Below, piece by piece: positions 27,190 to 41,289 of a stretch of 64,000 nt of DNA; within the stretch, counting starts at the first letter, position 1, and each line of letters opens with the position of its first letter. The notes beneath the pieces are model-generated. The model worked only from the letters and a program-made list of their open reading frames with translations. It was not told the DNA's origin and ran no database searches. This DNA comes from Paraspadella gotoi (Eukaryota; Animalia; Chaetognatha), in assembly GCA_051294375.1 (NCBI GenBank), contig CM119265.1, positions 2,208,311-2,272,310 of the forward strand. Reading direction: 5' to 3'. A program made the position numbers and the translations under genes.

Positions 27190-28346
27190 CTATTGTTTAT
27201 ATATTTAATGGAGTCGGGTCGGGCATTTTATATTAACGATTTTGAGCGAGACATAATATGTTTTGTTATGTTATTAGTTTGTATATTTTCAAAGTCAGTT
27301 AACATATAAGAATTACACGAATTCAGAGTTTAATTTTTATTGATATTCTATAATATTATAATATATTTATTCATATTATTTATTTTTTTTACATTTCACT
27401 TTTCCAAGATAATACTTTAGTAAAATTAACAAATCAAAAAATTCAAAACCTCTTATCTACATACCTACCCAAACTAAATAATCCCATAATACTCCCGCCC
27501 CTTCTTGCCCCGCGAGAAATGATTTTGTAACAATTTTTTTTAGCTCAATTTATCCAAAGTTTATCTTGCAATTCGCGAAATAAAAAAGTTGAACAACCAA
27601 GAACGCGTAGGAGGAAGACACAAAAACTAAACAGCGCATAAGCAGAGGAGAGAGCAGAGCGAGAGAGAGCAGAGTAGAGAAGAAAAGAGAGAGAGAGAAG
27701 ACGAGGAGAGAGGGGGAAGAGAGATTCAACGTCGGCTTCTGCTGAAAAGAACGGAAGAGACAGAGCGAGACAGAGATAAAGTTGTCAACAGATGTTAAGT
27801 GACGGAGGAACTGAAAGGGAGCGAGATAGAGAGAGAGAGACAGAAAGAGAGTGAGAGAGAGAGTTCAGTCACCAGAGAGAAAGAGTAATTTAACCGATAG
27901 GGGAGAGAGAGAGAGAGAGAGGGAGAGAGAATGAAACATGCAGGCGGCCAAAGAGAGAGAGAGAGAGAGAGAGAGAGACAATTTGAGAGTGAATGAAAAA
28001 TATAAGTTAATTTTGTGAAAGGGGTTTTGTGATTTGTGAAGATAAAGTTAGAAAGTACGTTTGTTAAACTCGACGAGAGGAGCGAAACTCGATTGGGTGA
28101 AATTTCATGTGTGAGAAAAACTTGTGAAAAGGAAGGAAGTTCACTTTTGGCGTGAGTCGCTTTCACTGCAGATTTTTTTTTATTTCGTCGAACTCGAGTT
28201 GAGGTTCGGAAGCGAATGTGGAGTCGAAACGTCTCACTCTCGCTTTTATTCACGAGAGCGAGAGCGAGAGAGAAGAGGAGAGAGAAGGAGAGAGGCGTCG
28301 ATGTTGAATGACGCTGGAAGCAGAAGAGCGAGCCAAATTCATATAT

Positions 28347-28389
<43 letters not shown>

Positions 28390-28575
28390 GAGAGAGGAGA
28401 GACGCAGCAGAGAGAAGAGCAGCGAGAGAGACGAGACGAGAAGAGAGAGAAGAAAGCAGAGTGGCGTGAAACCGATGCTTTTAAGTGACTCTGCGTGACC
28501 AGCCAGTTGCTGACCAGGCAAAGGTCCGCCGACGATGACCGCGCACCCATGACGACCTGATGAAGCGAATCGTAC

Positions 28576-28612
<37 letters not shown>

Positions 28613-31600
28613 CAACACCACCGCGAGACCACGAGGGAAACACGAATGTCTCCCCGATGAAAAAAAGGAGAAAAAAGGGAAAACGGGAAAAGNNNNNNNN
28701 NNNNNNNNNNNNNNNNNTCAAAACCAATACTATGCTGAAGCAATGTATAATCTAATAAATCACATAAAGGCAGGAGAGGATTGTATTCCAAGAGACGATT
28801 CGCTTCGGAGCGACGAAGAGGAATCTGGCAGTTTCTTCGCTTTCGCAGTGGTGGGTAGAAATTGTTGGCGGCCTATGGAAATTGGCTTGGAGAGATGCTG
28901 GGAATTGCTTGTGGCGGAGGTGTGAGAATTCGAAATCGTCAAAGACGTAGTGCCAAAAGGCCACAATCATTACCGAATCCAGTGGCTTGAAAATTTTTCT
29001 CGTCTGTGACATTTTATTATAAATCGAATTAATTGTCCTGGTTTCTCGAAATGAGACTGCGTTGGGCTTGGTAACGTGTCAATCTTCTCTGTCAATGCCG
29101 GGGAGATGGACGCCAAGAGCCAGTTGGCGTCTAACGCGTTCAAGGGGATCCAGTTCGACGTGAAGCGAAGCAAAGCCCGGACGGCATCTTCGCTATTTAT
29201 CTGAATTTCTCCGCTGCGATGAAGACCGACTCGGGGATTAATCGTCAAAAGAGCCTGAAGCTCTTTCATCCAAAACGCCGGGGCGATAGGAAAAATTATT
29301 TCTTTCTGCGCCACGCGGTTCGACGAGAGAGCGAGAGGTTTGGTCGGAGTTTTTAAAAAACGTCGGCCTTTTCCCTTTTGTTATGTTTTATGACGTCTCT
29401 TGAAGAGGGCGACCACGAATCATCGTTTGAAGTAAGTGCTTTCTTTGGCGACTCAAGCTTGAGTTGGACTTTAACATCTGCTTGGAGTCGTGGTTAATAT
29501 ATCGGAATCGTGAATTCAAATGAAGTCCTTGATTATATAGATATTAGTCCTATCAAGCGTTAATAATACGAAAATAATAAACATGAGAGTTTATTGTTAA
29601 TAACTCGATTATAATTATAATTCAAGCGCCGTAAAGTTAAGATGGTGTGCATGAAACCCATCGAGTGGTTTTCTTCCCTGTTGGTTTCTGCACTCATTAT
29701 TGATTACACCTCAATTGACGGTGGAGGCGGGAAGAACCGTTAAAGGCCGGAAAGACGAGTGTCAGTCTTTATTCTCACCATCTCGAGAGACTTCGGCCTG
29801 TATGAGTCCGTTCTGGTGATTTTCTGTCGCGATCCCACTGTGTGGGTGATCAAGAGTGACAACCTGGAAGCGATGATCACTGGGTCGCAGCTTGGGGGGG
29901 GGAAAACGGAATTTCCGCCAGGCGACCGATGACGCGTGAGAATAAACGGCGATATATATATGAGTAAATCCGCCGCGAAGGAGCAGAACGTACTGGTGAG
30001 ATAGAGCGATGCACGAAGGAATAGAAGGAAAACAAAATGAACGGATCGGAAGAAGGAAGTCCTGAGGAAGGCAAGTCGCGCAGTTCGAAAGAGAGAGAAG
30101 AGAGAAAAAAATCGTGCAAACTACGATAACGAGAGATTATTTTGTGGCTTGGAGGGGATTCTGTAATGACCGAGAAAAGTAGATAGAAAAGGGAAGGAAT
30201 GGAAGGGAAGGAAAGGAAAGGAAGGGAAGGGACGGAAGTATAGGCAAAGGGATACTAAGGAAGGAAAGGAAAGGAAAGGAGGAAAGGAATGTGGGGGTGA
30301 AAGGAAGGAAGGAAGGAAAGAAGAAAAGGAAGGAAAAAAAGAGGAGTATAAAAGAATGCAGAAATAACATTATTAATTAACACAGTACGAATAATTAGGT
30401 TTCATTCCTGGTTTTAAGCACATTATAGGGATGGTGCAGACAAAACAATTTTTTTCGTGATTTCAATGCAATAAGCCTTTGAATATCATCGGATTTCAAC
30501 ACCATGAAAATGAGCGCAGATATTATTGCCGGTTTGCAGCATCAAGTCTTTATCTGTGGCCTTATATGCCAGTTTCGCAGTGGGTATAAAGTTAGTTAAA
30601 AAAACGAATAGATTTTGTTAACCTAATAAAGTTTGTTTATATATTTAAGATCGGGTCGGAGCATTTTATATAACATTTTTAAGCGAGACTAATATGTTTG
30701 TTGTTATGTATATTAGTTTGTAATTTTTCAAAGGTCAGTTACATATAAGAATTTACAGAATTCAGAGGTTTATTTTATTATATGATTTTATAATAGCTTA
30801 TTATTAGTTTATTTTTTTATTCTTTTTTTCTTTCAGTCTAATCTATCAAAAATAATTACTCTATTCAGTTTAAATTAACAAATCAAAAATATCTCCACCA
30901 CAACTCTGCATTCACATTACCTGGCTACCCCCAGAACCTACAATAATCCTAATCCCTCTCTTGTCCCCCCAAATTTTTTTAACTCAATCTTCATAATCAA
31001 TTTGCTTGCCATTCGCGAATAAAAAAGTTGGAAAACCAGAGAACGCGTAGAGGAAAGACAAAACAACTAAAACAGGTCGAATAAGCAGAGGAGAGAGAGA
31101 GAGGAGAGAGCAGAGAGAGAAGAAGAAGAAGAGAGAGAAAGGAGGATTCACGTCGGCTTCTGCTGAAAGAACGAAAGAGACAGAGCGAGACAGAGCATAA
31201 AGCTTCGTCAACCAGATCGTTAAGTGACCGGAGGACTGAAAGGGAGCCGAAGATATAGAGAGACGACTGAGACCAGAAGAGACGTGAGAGAGAGTTCCAG
31301 TCAACTCAGGAGAAAGAGTAATTTAACCGATAGGGAGAGAGGAGAGAGAGAGAGCAGGAGAGAGAATTGAAACATGCAGGCGGCAAAGAGAGAGAGAGAG
31401 AGAGAGAATTTGAGAGTGAATGAGAAATATAAGTTATTCTTGTGAAAGGGGTTTTGTTGATTGTGTTGAAGATAATTAGTAAAGTCGTTGTTACACTCGA
31501 CGAGAAGAGTGAAACTCGATTGGGTGAAATTCATTGATGTGAGAAAACTATGTGAAAGGAAGGAAGTTCACACTTTTGCGCGTGAGTCCGCCTTTACTGC

Positions 31601-31787
31601 AGTTTTATTTTTTTTTTATTTCGTCGAACTCGAGTTGAGGTTCGGAAGCGGAATGTGGAGTCGAAACGTCGTCACTCTCGGCTTTGTATTCACGAGAGCG
31701 AGAGAGAGAGAGAGTAGATGAGGAGAGGGAGCAGAGGGCGTCGTGTGAATGACGCTGGAAGATCGAGAAGCGAGCCAAAATTATATT

Positions 31788-31847
<60 letters not shown>

Positions 31848-32200
31848 AGAGAGAAGACAGAGAAAGGAAGAGAAGAAAGATGGCGTGAACCGTAGCTTTT
31901 AATGACTCCTGCGTGACCACCAGTTGTACGAGAGCAAGTCCGCGACGATGACCGCGACCCGACGACCGACTGAAGACCGAACTCGTACCGGCGACGGCGA
32001 CGACGACGATGCCGACACGCGAGACAAGAACGCTACGAAGCAGAACGACGGTAGCGGACGACGAACGACGGGACGTGGACGCAGTAGACCACATTCACCA
32101 CCGGTGCGAGAATCGCCTCAGTAAAGAGGACAACACGAATGGTCTCCCCGAGAAAAAAAGTGATGAAAAAGGAACGAAGGAGAAGGAAAGAACGGGAAAA
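27190..32200 (+). repeat. Direct duplication of ~1.5 kb (27190-28692 / 30630-32200)
   Basis: Shared landmarks: TTGTTTATATATTTAA..TCGGGTCGG, GTCGAACTCGAGTTGAGGTTCGGAAGCG, ATG(G)TCTCCCCGA. The first copy ends at a 25-N gap. Confidence 0.9.
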
Positions 32201-33721
32201 AGAAAGAAGGGAGGAAAGAGGGAACAAGGTAAAAACAAAGGAAAGGTGAAAGTACAACAAGGAAAGCAGATGGAAAATAGACAACAACAGGAGGAAAAGG
32301 CAAAGATTTGTAGAAAAAGGAAAAGAAGAAAAATAGCGGAAACAGGAAGGTGAAGCTAGGACAAAAGAGCAAAAAAAAAAAGGACAAAAAAGGATAAAGG
32401 AACGAGCCAGAGTATATAAAAGAGAAAGGTAAAGAGAAAAGAATGAGAAAAAAAAGGACATAAAAGCAAATAGGGCAAAGCCCCCACGTTAAGGGAGATA
32501 AAGAGGAAAACAGGGAAAAGAGGAAAAAAAGAAAAAAGAAAAGAAAAGGAAAAGGAAAGAGATAAAGAAAAGGAAAAGGAAAAAAGGGATAAACGGAATG
32601 GAAAGGAAGAAGGACAAAGAAGGGAAAAGGAAAAGGATAAGAGAAAAGGGAAAAATAGGAAACAAAAAGGGAAAAAGGCAAAAGGCAAGAAAAGGGAGAA
32701 ATTGAAAAAAACACGGACAAATGAAATTAAAATACGAGGGACAGAAGAAGATTAAGGAGGGATCAACGTTAGTTTCATATGGCTGTTTCACATTTGCTTT
32801 TTTCCTTTTGCTTTTTCCTTTTTGCTTTTTTTTTCTTTTATTCTTTTTTTTCTCTTTGTTTATTACAATTCTTTTTCTTTTTCCTACTTCGTTTTTTGGA
32901 AAATTCTCTCTTTTTATTATTTCTCTGCTCGCTCTTTCATTTTTCCTCCTTTATAACTTTTCCCCGTCGATATGTTTTCTACTATCCTTCCATTCCTCCT
33001 TCTTTCCTTCCTTCTTCCTTCCTTCCTCTTCCTTCCTTCCTTTCCTTCCTTCCTTCCTCTGCCGTTCTCCTTCCTTCCTGTTCCTTCTTTTCTCTTCTTT
33101 ACTTCCTTCCTTCAACTCTCTTTTTTTTTCCTCCTCTCCTTTTTTTTTCGCTTTCTTTTCTTTTCCCAGTCTCTTTTCCTTTCGCTTTACCCTTTCCTTT
33201 TTCCACAGAGCAAGTCGCAAACATTTGTGCTTTCTCAATCAGGGCCAACTTAGTCCGCGGCACGTCCCGCTCGATAGTTTTCCTTTTTTCTTTCCTGGAC
33301 CTTTTTTTCTTTTCTTTTTATTCCCTCTGTTCCTTTCTTTCTCTGTTACCTGTCTTTTTCTTTCTTCCTTGTTTACCATTCTTTCGGGGCCATTTTGTCC
33401 ACACTTTCCATTAACTCGTTCACTTCCTCCTCCTCCCTCTTCCTCCTCTTCTTCTCCTCCATTTTCTCCTCCTTAATATCCTTCCTTACATTACTTTCTT
33501 TTCAACAATCCTCCTTTCTCCTCCTCCTCCTCTCCTCCTCCTCGCCCCCAATCCAATTCCCGCTGCGGGCATGCAGCTCTCCCCCTCCCTCTTGCCCTCC
33601 TCGCTCCTCTTCCTCTTCTCCTCTCCCCTCAAATTTTGAAATACCGTTAATTTCCGGCTCAACGACGATTTAGTCCTAATTAGGTTGAGGGGGAAATTGG
33701 TAAATATGGGTTTTTCGCGAC

Positions 33722-33758
<37 letters not shown>

Positions 33759-33871
33759 AGAGGAGAGAAGAGAGAGAGAGAGAGAGAGAGACGAGAGAGA
33801 GAGACGAGTGGGGTGGTAACCGAACGCACGATAGTCGTTTTTAATTCGAGGTCGCCAGGTAGTGTAATTCG

Positions 33872-33878
33872 TCTCTCT

Positions 33879-33957
<79 letters not shown>
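33872..33957. repeat. Long (CT)n microsatellite, representative of dozens of (AG)n/(CT)n tracts (e.g. 639-728, 46211-46293, 54553-54630)
   Basis: Directly visible. Confidence 0.97.
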
Positions 33958-33961
<4 letters not shown>

Positions 33962-34621
33962 ATATTTACGGGTGCGGGCTCTTCAAGAGGGCGGAACGCG
34001 AACGAGCCCCTGCGGGTCGAAGGACGTAAGGCGTCGAGGGCGTGCCGTCTCGGCGGGGCTGAGGGACAGAGTTGCTAAAAGTAAGTTGGGTTAAGTTCGC
34101 ATTTGGGAAAAGTCGGGGTAAGGATAGAGAGACGGTGAAGTAAGAAAAGTAAGGAAAAGAAGTAAATTTTGGTTAACAGGTTTTTTTTAATGTTAAAGAG
34201 TTAAAGTTGACAGAATGTTTTTATATTTCATTCTGTGTTTAAAATATATATAAAATATATAAAATATAAAATATAGGATTTCTTTTTTCTTTTTGCTCTT
34301 ACCTTTTAGCCCTGCCTTCTTTTCTTTTCTTTTCTTTTCCTTTCCTTTCTTTTTCTGAGTACATTCTGTATCCATTTTCTGACACAAAAAATGATATAAA
34401 TAGATTTCGCTGTAAACCAACCCCACAGAAAAAATACTGTTTTATAATAATAAAATATCAATACTCTATTATTACAACCATGACATTTTAAAAATACAGA
34501 AATTTACTCAAAAATTCTCACCATTATTATATTACATAAAATTAAGAGTAATGTTTTTGAAATAAACTTAAACAAAGGCGCATCCATCGCTCGACGCCGA
34601 ATTCCCCGAGAGACGAGGGTA

Positions 34622-34735
34622 AATTGCTTGCCTTGAGGGGACGCTTGCTTGCCGTCGGCGTGGATTGCTTGCCTCGAGGGACGCTTGCTTGCCGCGAGGG
34701 ACTATTGCTTGTCCCTCGGGGACCAACGCTTGTCG
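34622..34735. repeat. ~20-bp GC-rich minisatellite (TTGCTTGCCTCGAGGGACGC), ~5 degenerate units
   Basis: TTGCTTG recurs about every 20 bp. Confidence 0.75.
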
Positions 34736-36099
34736 CGAAGCCATCGTTTCTGACTCTGCAGAAAAAAAAAGGAAATGAAAACATCCTTTAATAATAATCT
34801 AGTTCACTGATGTAAGAGAATATTAAAAATTTAGTACGAGATTAAGACAATTATAAATCAGTGTCAAATAGTAATAATCAAATATCAACCAAGAGAAATT
34901 TTAATCCATGAAGGTATTACGTAAAGAGACTAATGTTCTCTATAGATCATTGTATTGTTGGAGTATTGTTTGTTTTGTTGTATTGTTTGTTAGCCTGTTT
35001 ATGTTTATGTTTGTTGTTGATGTACAAAGTTAATTTTCTCATTATTTTGAGTTTTTCCCCCAAAATTTATCCGCCTTCATGGCTTAGAGGGTTGTTATTT
35101 TTCTCGGGGGGAAATCCTAAGTCGATCGGTCAAGCTTGTTTTTTTTATGTCTGTCTTTCGTGTTTGGCGCTATGTTGGCTTGCTTGGCTTGCCTGGCTGC
35201 TTGCTCCACACAATCGGTTTCTCTCTCATATCTTTTAGCAAGAAAATTTCACTCTTTTACAAAATTGTGCCGCTCCAAATAAACTCGTTTTTTTTTCTAC
35301 GTGATCCAGATAAGGTATTAGCCTGTATGCTCTGCCGCCCCCCTACGTCCCTTTCCTTCCGGTCATCAATTATCAGGAACGAAGTCTGTGAGTGAGGGAA
35401 AACCACAAATACTGGAACCACGACGACGACCGACGAAAAGAAAGAAACGACTCCGCCGACGAACCGACGACGACGACGACGACGGACAACCGACCGACGA
35501 TCCTTCGACGAAGGAAGACGACGTCCACGACTCTGATGATGAGATAATGACGATGATGATGACGATGATGACGATTGATGATTTTGATATTCCAGGAATG
35601 AGTACCCAAAATGACGAACGGGCTTACTTAACTTGTTTGTAACAATACAACGTCTACAATGTTAAAACATCGTTGACAAAGGACAACAAGCAGACAGAGT
35701 ACGACGACGGATAGACGACGACGACGACGACGGACAAAATGAACGTCTCCCACTTGAGATTCGCTTTCATTGATCGGATTAGAAGACCGACTGAGAGATG
35801 TAGCAGAGAGAGAGAGAATATGAGAAGAGAGAGAAAGAGAGGAGAGAGATGAGAGACGAGAGATAGAGGAAGGACGAAGACACGACGAGGAGAGATGGAG
35901 AGATGAGACCAGAGAGCAGAGGACTGAGAATCTCTGATTGTGAACAAAAAGATCATCCTAACTGAATACTCACGAGTTTTTTCTTTTTTTCTCAATCCAT
36001 TTACATATTTTTTCTAGGTAATCTATCTCTCGTTCTTCTCTTTATTTACATGAATAGAATAATTTTGATTATTGGTTATACTTTCATAAAAATTTCATA

Positions 36100-36425
36100 A
36101 ATTGGCTACAACCAATAAAATTTATCTATTATTTTTATAAATAGCTATCTTAGGGTGGGGTGGTCATGATAATATAAAATATTATTAAGTTCATAATTAA
36201 ATAAGCTCATTTCCAGCTGTCTGCCTTTAGTAGGACTGGCTCATTAGATAAGTTCAGGCCTCCATCACTCCTTACACGATAATGAATTAGCAGGTCCCTG
36301 CAAGCTTTCAATTTATTCCACTCCCAGTAGTAACCTGGCTTCCATCAATGATCATGGGTATATAGAATATTTTAAAAGAATGTTTCAATTGCCTATAAAG
36401 GAATCATCCCTTTAAGTATTAGATA
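36100..36425 (-). mobile_element. Interspersed repeat family A, locus 2 (mirror copy at ~45760-46060 on +)
   Basis: GGCCTCCATCACTC...TAGCAGGTCCCTGCAAGCTTTC...CCCTTTAAGTA is the reverse complement of the family core. Confidence 0.75.
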
Positions 36426-37845
36426 GAATAATCGTTTTTAAACATTTGTTAGTCTCGGACACGATTAAACCAAGATTATATACAACTGGGATACAATGAG
36501 TTCATCAGTATTTTAAAACTTAATTTGGATCAAGTTTCAAGTTTGTAATTTTTTAGTAGATATTGACGGTATTTGTCAAGAAATCGAAAAAACTTTCATT
36601 CGTCTCTTTGTATGCAAATTCGAGAATTTTCTTATGCACTTCTTCGCTCTAATACTTGTTTTTTAAATCCTTGTGCTTTGGTTTTGAGCCGTTTCCGTCC
36701 CGTCGTTCGGCTTGTGGCGTAGGTTTAGGTGGCCGTATTGATTTGTTGTGCCTCCTTTGTAGCTTAGGGGCCCGGTTTATGGCTGGTCCGTTTGTGACTT
36801 TGACTTAAAAGTTTCTCTTTGACGCGCTCATGATCACATCGATGGCCTGATTTGTTGGACGCATAAACCGCGTCATCTCAGAGATGTTTTCTTCTTCACA
36901 AACATCCGGGGAACTCAAAGGAACTTCAATTCACTGATCCTCAAGATTTATTTAACCCATTTTCTTTTTTTCACTCCAGCTTTTCTCTTCAACTTTTGCC
37001 ATTTGATTTCGATGGTGTTGCTTTAGTGCTGCAGGCGACCGGTTTTTCGCGTCCTCGGTTTGCTATCGACCCCATTCGCCTGTCTTCATATTTTATGCGA
37101 ATCTCTTCGTGTTGCTTTTTCACCCCTTCCGGGGGAAGGCTGATTATTGTGTGGACGCCTTATCTATATGTGTGTGTGGAGATTCAAAACATTCAGGAAG
37201 GATTTATTTACGTATGTAAATATATCTGTTAAACTATTCTTTTTTAAAACAAAAACAATTTGTAAAATTTCGGAATTCTAAATCTAAAAAGAAATTTTTA
37301 AAACAAATCTAAAATGAAATTTTTTGGAAATTTCCTAAATCTTAAAGATGAAATTTAAAAGTCTCCTAAATCTTAACGAACAGGAAAAAATTTTTTAAAT
37401 CGTAAATTCTAAAATGGATTTTTTCAAATCAAGTCTGAAAAGGGAGGAAAATTTTAAATCTACGATGTCAGTTGCCGCGGATTCGTGCACATGTGGCGCG
37501 CACGAAGTGCTTCCTTTATGAGTATAAGGTCATCCCAAGTTCTATTATCTTCTATCATGGGTAACCATGCGAAGGAGGTGTAGATGGTCAGATCTAGCAT
37601 CTAAGCTAACTACCGGGAGAGAGGGGGGTGAAAAATCTCGTCTCTAGGTTCTATCTTCCTTCTTTCTCTTTATCTTCTCTTCTCTCTCTCTCCCCTTCTT
37701 CCCTGTCGGCGCTTTCTTATCTCTCCTCTTCCCTGCCTCTTTTTTATCCGATTAATTTAAGAGAGAACATTATTTAAAAAAAAAAAAATGCCGAGAATTT
37801 AATGCGAACAAAAAGAAAGCAAAAATTTGAAGGTCACCAGTATAC

Positions 37846-38313
37846 AAAATGAACGCGTTATTCCAAGTGTTTTTGCCCGCCCACATTATCCTTCTTTTCA
37901 CTTTATCATATCATTTATCTTATAGTTATAAGATTTTTGTATAGCACATGATGCTTGATTAACCTTCTTTTTCGTTGTGAGTTTGATAGTAGAAAAACAT
38001 AGTTTTAATGATTTTTACAACGAATAAAAAAAACAAATCGGTTGTGTTAAAAAGAATCATTAAAACTTATTTTGTACTACAGATTTGCTTTTAAATAAAA
38101 CGAAAAGGACGGGCACTGCCACGCATAGCTAGTAGTACTTAGATTTGATTTTTAACAAGCCAAGATAAAGCAACAAACTATAAGAAATATTAAGCGTTTT
38201 AGACGTTTAAGTATGGATTGACCGATGGACTAATATCATACGACCGACCGCCTCGCGACACAAAAAAGTGACTTATAAGTTCTCCGGCGGAGTACTCGCC
38301 GGCGCAACTAAAA
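37846..38313 (-). mobile_element. Helentron/DINE-1-like non-autonomous element (mirror of 44177-44605)
   Basis: Reverse complement of the element described at 44177-44605. Confidence 0.6.
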
Positions 38314-38559
38314 CTGGGAGATAAATTTAAAACGTCTGAAAGGATTTTGCGCCTCCTTATGCTCTTCGCATCATGGGAATCGTCTTCTTTTAGCTTTTCT
38401 ACCCCTTTTGCTTTTTCTCCGCCTTTTGCTTTCACCCCTTTGCTTTTTGGATTTTTTCTTTACCTTTGCGCTTTTTTTCTCTTCGCCTTTTTCTTCAATC
38501 TTGGTTTATAGTTTGTTTTTAGTACTTTTTCCTATTTCTTTTATGAAATGATAAAATAT

Positions 38560-38800
38560 AAGTTTTCATTCATTAAACTAAGCTCGCTTGTCTTCCTAGC
38601 CTATATTGATTGCGCTATAAGTTAAAAGGACCTCCTACATGCCATAGCAGGTCCCTGCAAGCTTTTAATCCAAGGAATTCTTCACAGTCTCGTTATAACT
38701 CCCAATGTTTGTACTGGCTTCCCTTATTCAATGAAGTATTTAAAATTTCTTATAAATTTATAAAATTGTAATATAAAAGACCATTCCCTTAAGTAATACA
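38560..38800 (-). mobile_element. Interspersed repeat family A, locus 3 (mirror copy at ~43720-43965 on +)
   Basis: CATAGCAGGTCCCTGCAAGCTT...CACAGTCTCG...CCATTCCCTTAAGTA. Confidence 0.75.
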
Positions 38801-39549
38801 CGACTTGTTATTGTTCTCATCTTTCTTTCCTTCCATCTTTCATTTTTTCCTCTCCTCTCTCTTTACCCATCTCTTAAATCCAGACTTCCATTACTTTCAT
38901 GGTATTTGTTGTTAATTCTTGCCAAATGCCATAATTTAATTGACAAATTATGTTACCATTTCCTATGCCGTGCACCTCTCTCTCTCTCTTTTCTCTTCCT
39001 CTCTTCTCTCTCTTCTCTCTCTCTCTCTCTTCTTAACTTCTCTCTCTCTTCTCTCTCTCTCTTCTCTCTCTCTCTCTCCTCTCTCTTCCCTCCATCCCTC
39101 TCTCTCTCCTGCTCCCATATTCTCAACCATTTATCATATCTTCTGAATCATGCCATTGTTAAAATTTTTTTTTTTAATAAAATACGAAGTACCCTACGAA
39201 AAAATTAAAAGGGAAGCAAGAGAAGGAAGTGTCTAAATATGATGTGTATCTCTCGGTATCGCAGCCCCCACGGAGTTCTCCCGGCAACTTCTTTCGTTCG
39301 TCCGTGTCGTTAGCCCGTCCCAAATCCCGCTCGTCTCTACGCTGCATTACCGGCACCCCTCACGCCTTGTCTTCGCTGTCCTACGTCCCAGCTCTGTCGC
39401 AGATTCCGTTCACGGACGAGCCGCTGCGTGTCGTCCCCCGCATGGTGTACGACCGTTTTTTCAGTGGTTTCACTTCAAACGCTTGTCATCTTTACTTAGA
39501 TCCTCCCTCGCCGCTTCTTCTCGGTATCCTTCCTCTTCATCTCTTCTCA

Positions 39550-39618
<69 letters not shown>

Positions 39619-39635
39619 TTCCTCTCTTTAATTTC

Positions 39636-39720
39636 AGAGCAACTCTATAAGTTCACTTTTCGGGTTTCGAAGTCTGGTCTGTCGGTACTCTGTGACCAGT
39701 TAAGTCTGTATCCATCGTCA
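39636..39720 (+). mobile_element. 5' fragment of the Helentron/DINE-1-like family (mirror at ~42810-42885)
   Basis: GAGCAACTCTATAAGT(T)CACTTTT followed by GTCTGTCGG-like microsatellite, as at 44204-44250. Confidence 0.55.
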
Positions 39721-40181
39721 GACATCCCATTCATAAGGAATAAAAGACTGGACATTTTTTGATCCACCGGCCATATTGTCATAAACTACAAGGGCTAAGA
39801 AATCAGTTTTAAGCATTTCATCAAATGTAGCGTATCATGTGATTCAAAAGGGAACAAAATTAAACGTTGAAATAAAGTCACTTGATTCTCATGCTCGCAA
39901 CACATCTGGTGGATCACCGTTTCTTTCTTGTTTCTCTTTTTTTCTTTCTATTTTTCACTTTCCTTCCTTGGCCTCCTCCTCCACTCCTCCTCCTCTCCCC
40001 TCTCTCCTTCTTCCTCCTTAATCTCCCTCTTCTCTCTCTCTTCTCTTCTCTCTCTCCCTCTCTCTCTCTCCTCTCCTCTCTCTACTCTCCTTCTCTTCTC
40101 TCTCCTCTCTCTCCTCTCTCTCTCTCTCTCTCTTCTCTCCTCTCCCTCCCTCCCTCCTTCCTTCTCAATTTGCTTCCTCAG

Positions 40182-40256
40182 ATTGGATGGCGATTCCCAC
40201 GGATCTTTTGGTTCTCCGCATGCCAAAGAAGTGGAAGGTTTCACCCTGGAGACGAG
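40182..40256 (+). CDS. Candidate exon A of an unidentified gene (mirror at 42282-42358 on -)
   Basis: Long polypyrimidine tract, then TTTGCTTCCTCAG|, with GAG|GTCGTA at the other end. The ~72-nt two-copy consensus is open in all frames (e.g. WMAIPTDLLVPQPKKWKVSPWRR or LDGDSHGSFGSAAKEVEGFTLET), so the frame cannot be determined. Confidence 0.45.
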
Positions 40257-40275
40257 GTCGTAACCTCTCTCTCTC

Positions 40276-40306
<31 letters not shown>

Positions 40307-40329
40307 TTCCTTCTCTCTCTCCCTCTCAG

Positions 40330-40443
40330 ACGGACCATCGATACTGAGGGCCAAGACCGTACTCGTTTTTGTCCTTGTTACCTCTAAAGGCGTCCGCGGA
40401 GCAGAGAAGAGATTCATTGAATCCTTTACACTTTTTGAGCGGG
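40330..40443 (+). CDS. Candidate exon B of the same unidentified gene (mirror at ~42091-42207 on -)
   Basis: A 73-nt (CT)n intron ends in CCCTCTCAG| and the donor is GGG|GTGAGT. Indels between copies obscure the frame (fragments such as EGKTDSFVL and VRGAEKRFIESFTLFER). Confidence 0.45.
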
Positions 40444-40456
40444 GTGAGTGTTATGA

Positions 40457-40489
<33 letters not shown>

Positions 40490-41247
40490 GACACAAAGGA
40501 CAGGACACGGAGGAGAGCGAGCAGCGTGAAAGAAAGAGAAAGGAAAGAAAAGAAAGAAAGGGAACGGAAAGGAAATGATGAGCAAGGAGGGTGGGGGGGG
40601 GAGGAAAAAAGAGGATGGGGGGGGAGGGAAGGGGGAAAAAAAAAACAAGGAATGGGGAACATCAGCGGAAGGGAAGGAAGGGATGAGGAGGAGGGGGAAA
40701 CGGGAAGAAAACATCAAGCTAAGAAGCAGAACCAAAAGAAAGAAAAGACAAGAAAGAAAGAAGAAAAGAAAGAAAGAAGGAAAGAAAGAAAGACAAGAAA
40801 GAAAGAAAGAGGGGAAAGTTTTGAACAGACAGACTGACAGACCGAAGAAAAGCGCAACACTGAGAGAGAGTGGAAAGAAAACAGCGAAAATAAAAAGGAG
40901 TCAAGAAATACATAAACCGTTTGACTGTCCTGACTAAAATGAGTTCCATTTTACATCAATAACTATTTTTTCTTTTTCAAGGTTTTGTTTCTTACCTTCT
41001 GTTTCTTGTTGTTTATTTCTTTTGATCTGTTTAGATAGTATGTTTTTGTTCGTTTTTGTTTCTTTGTGTTGTTTTTAGGTTTTGTTTCCTCTTTATTCCT
41101 TCTTTCGCTCCGTTTCGCGTTTGTTTTTGACAATGAGAATAAACCGCCGAACCCGTCGCGTATTCGGACAAATTTTTCCTTTTCTCTCTTCGTCTCTCTC
41201 TCTCTCTCTCTTCTTCCTTTCCCTTCTCAACAATTCCCTTCTTCTCT

Positions 41248-41289
<42 letters not shown>

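Noticed and set aside
28720-29330. Unique-sequence block with several 70-120 aa ORFs
   Set aside because: No recognisable motif, no consistent splice-site pair, and overlapping ORFs on both strands as expected by chance.
39229-39762. 177-aa ORF whose N-terminal ~110 aa are repeated exactly on the opposite strand at 42826-43296, suggesting a conserved gene pair
   Set aside because: The identity comes from the inverted duplication. The start is GTG, the C-terminus is (CT)n, and no family is recognisable.
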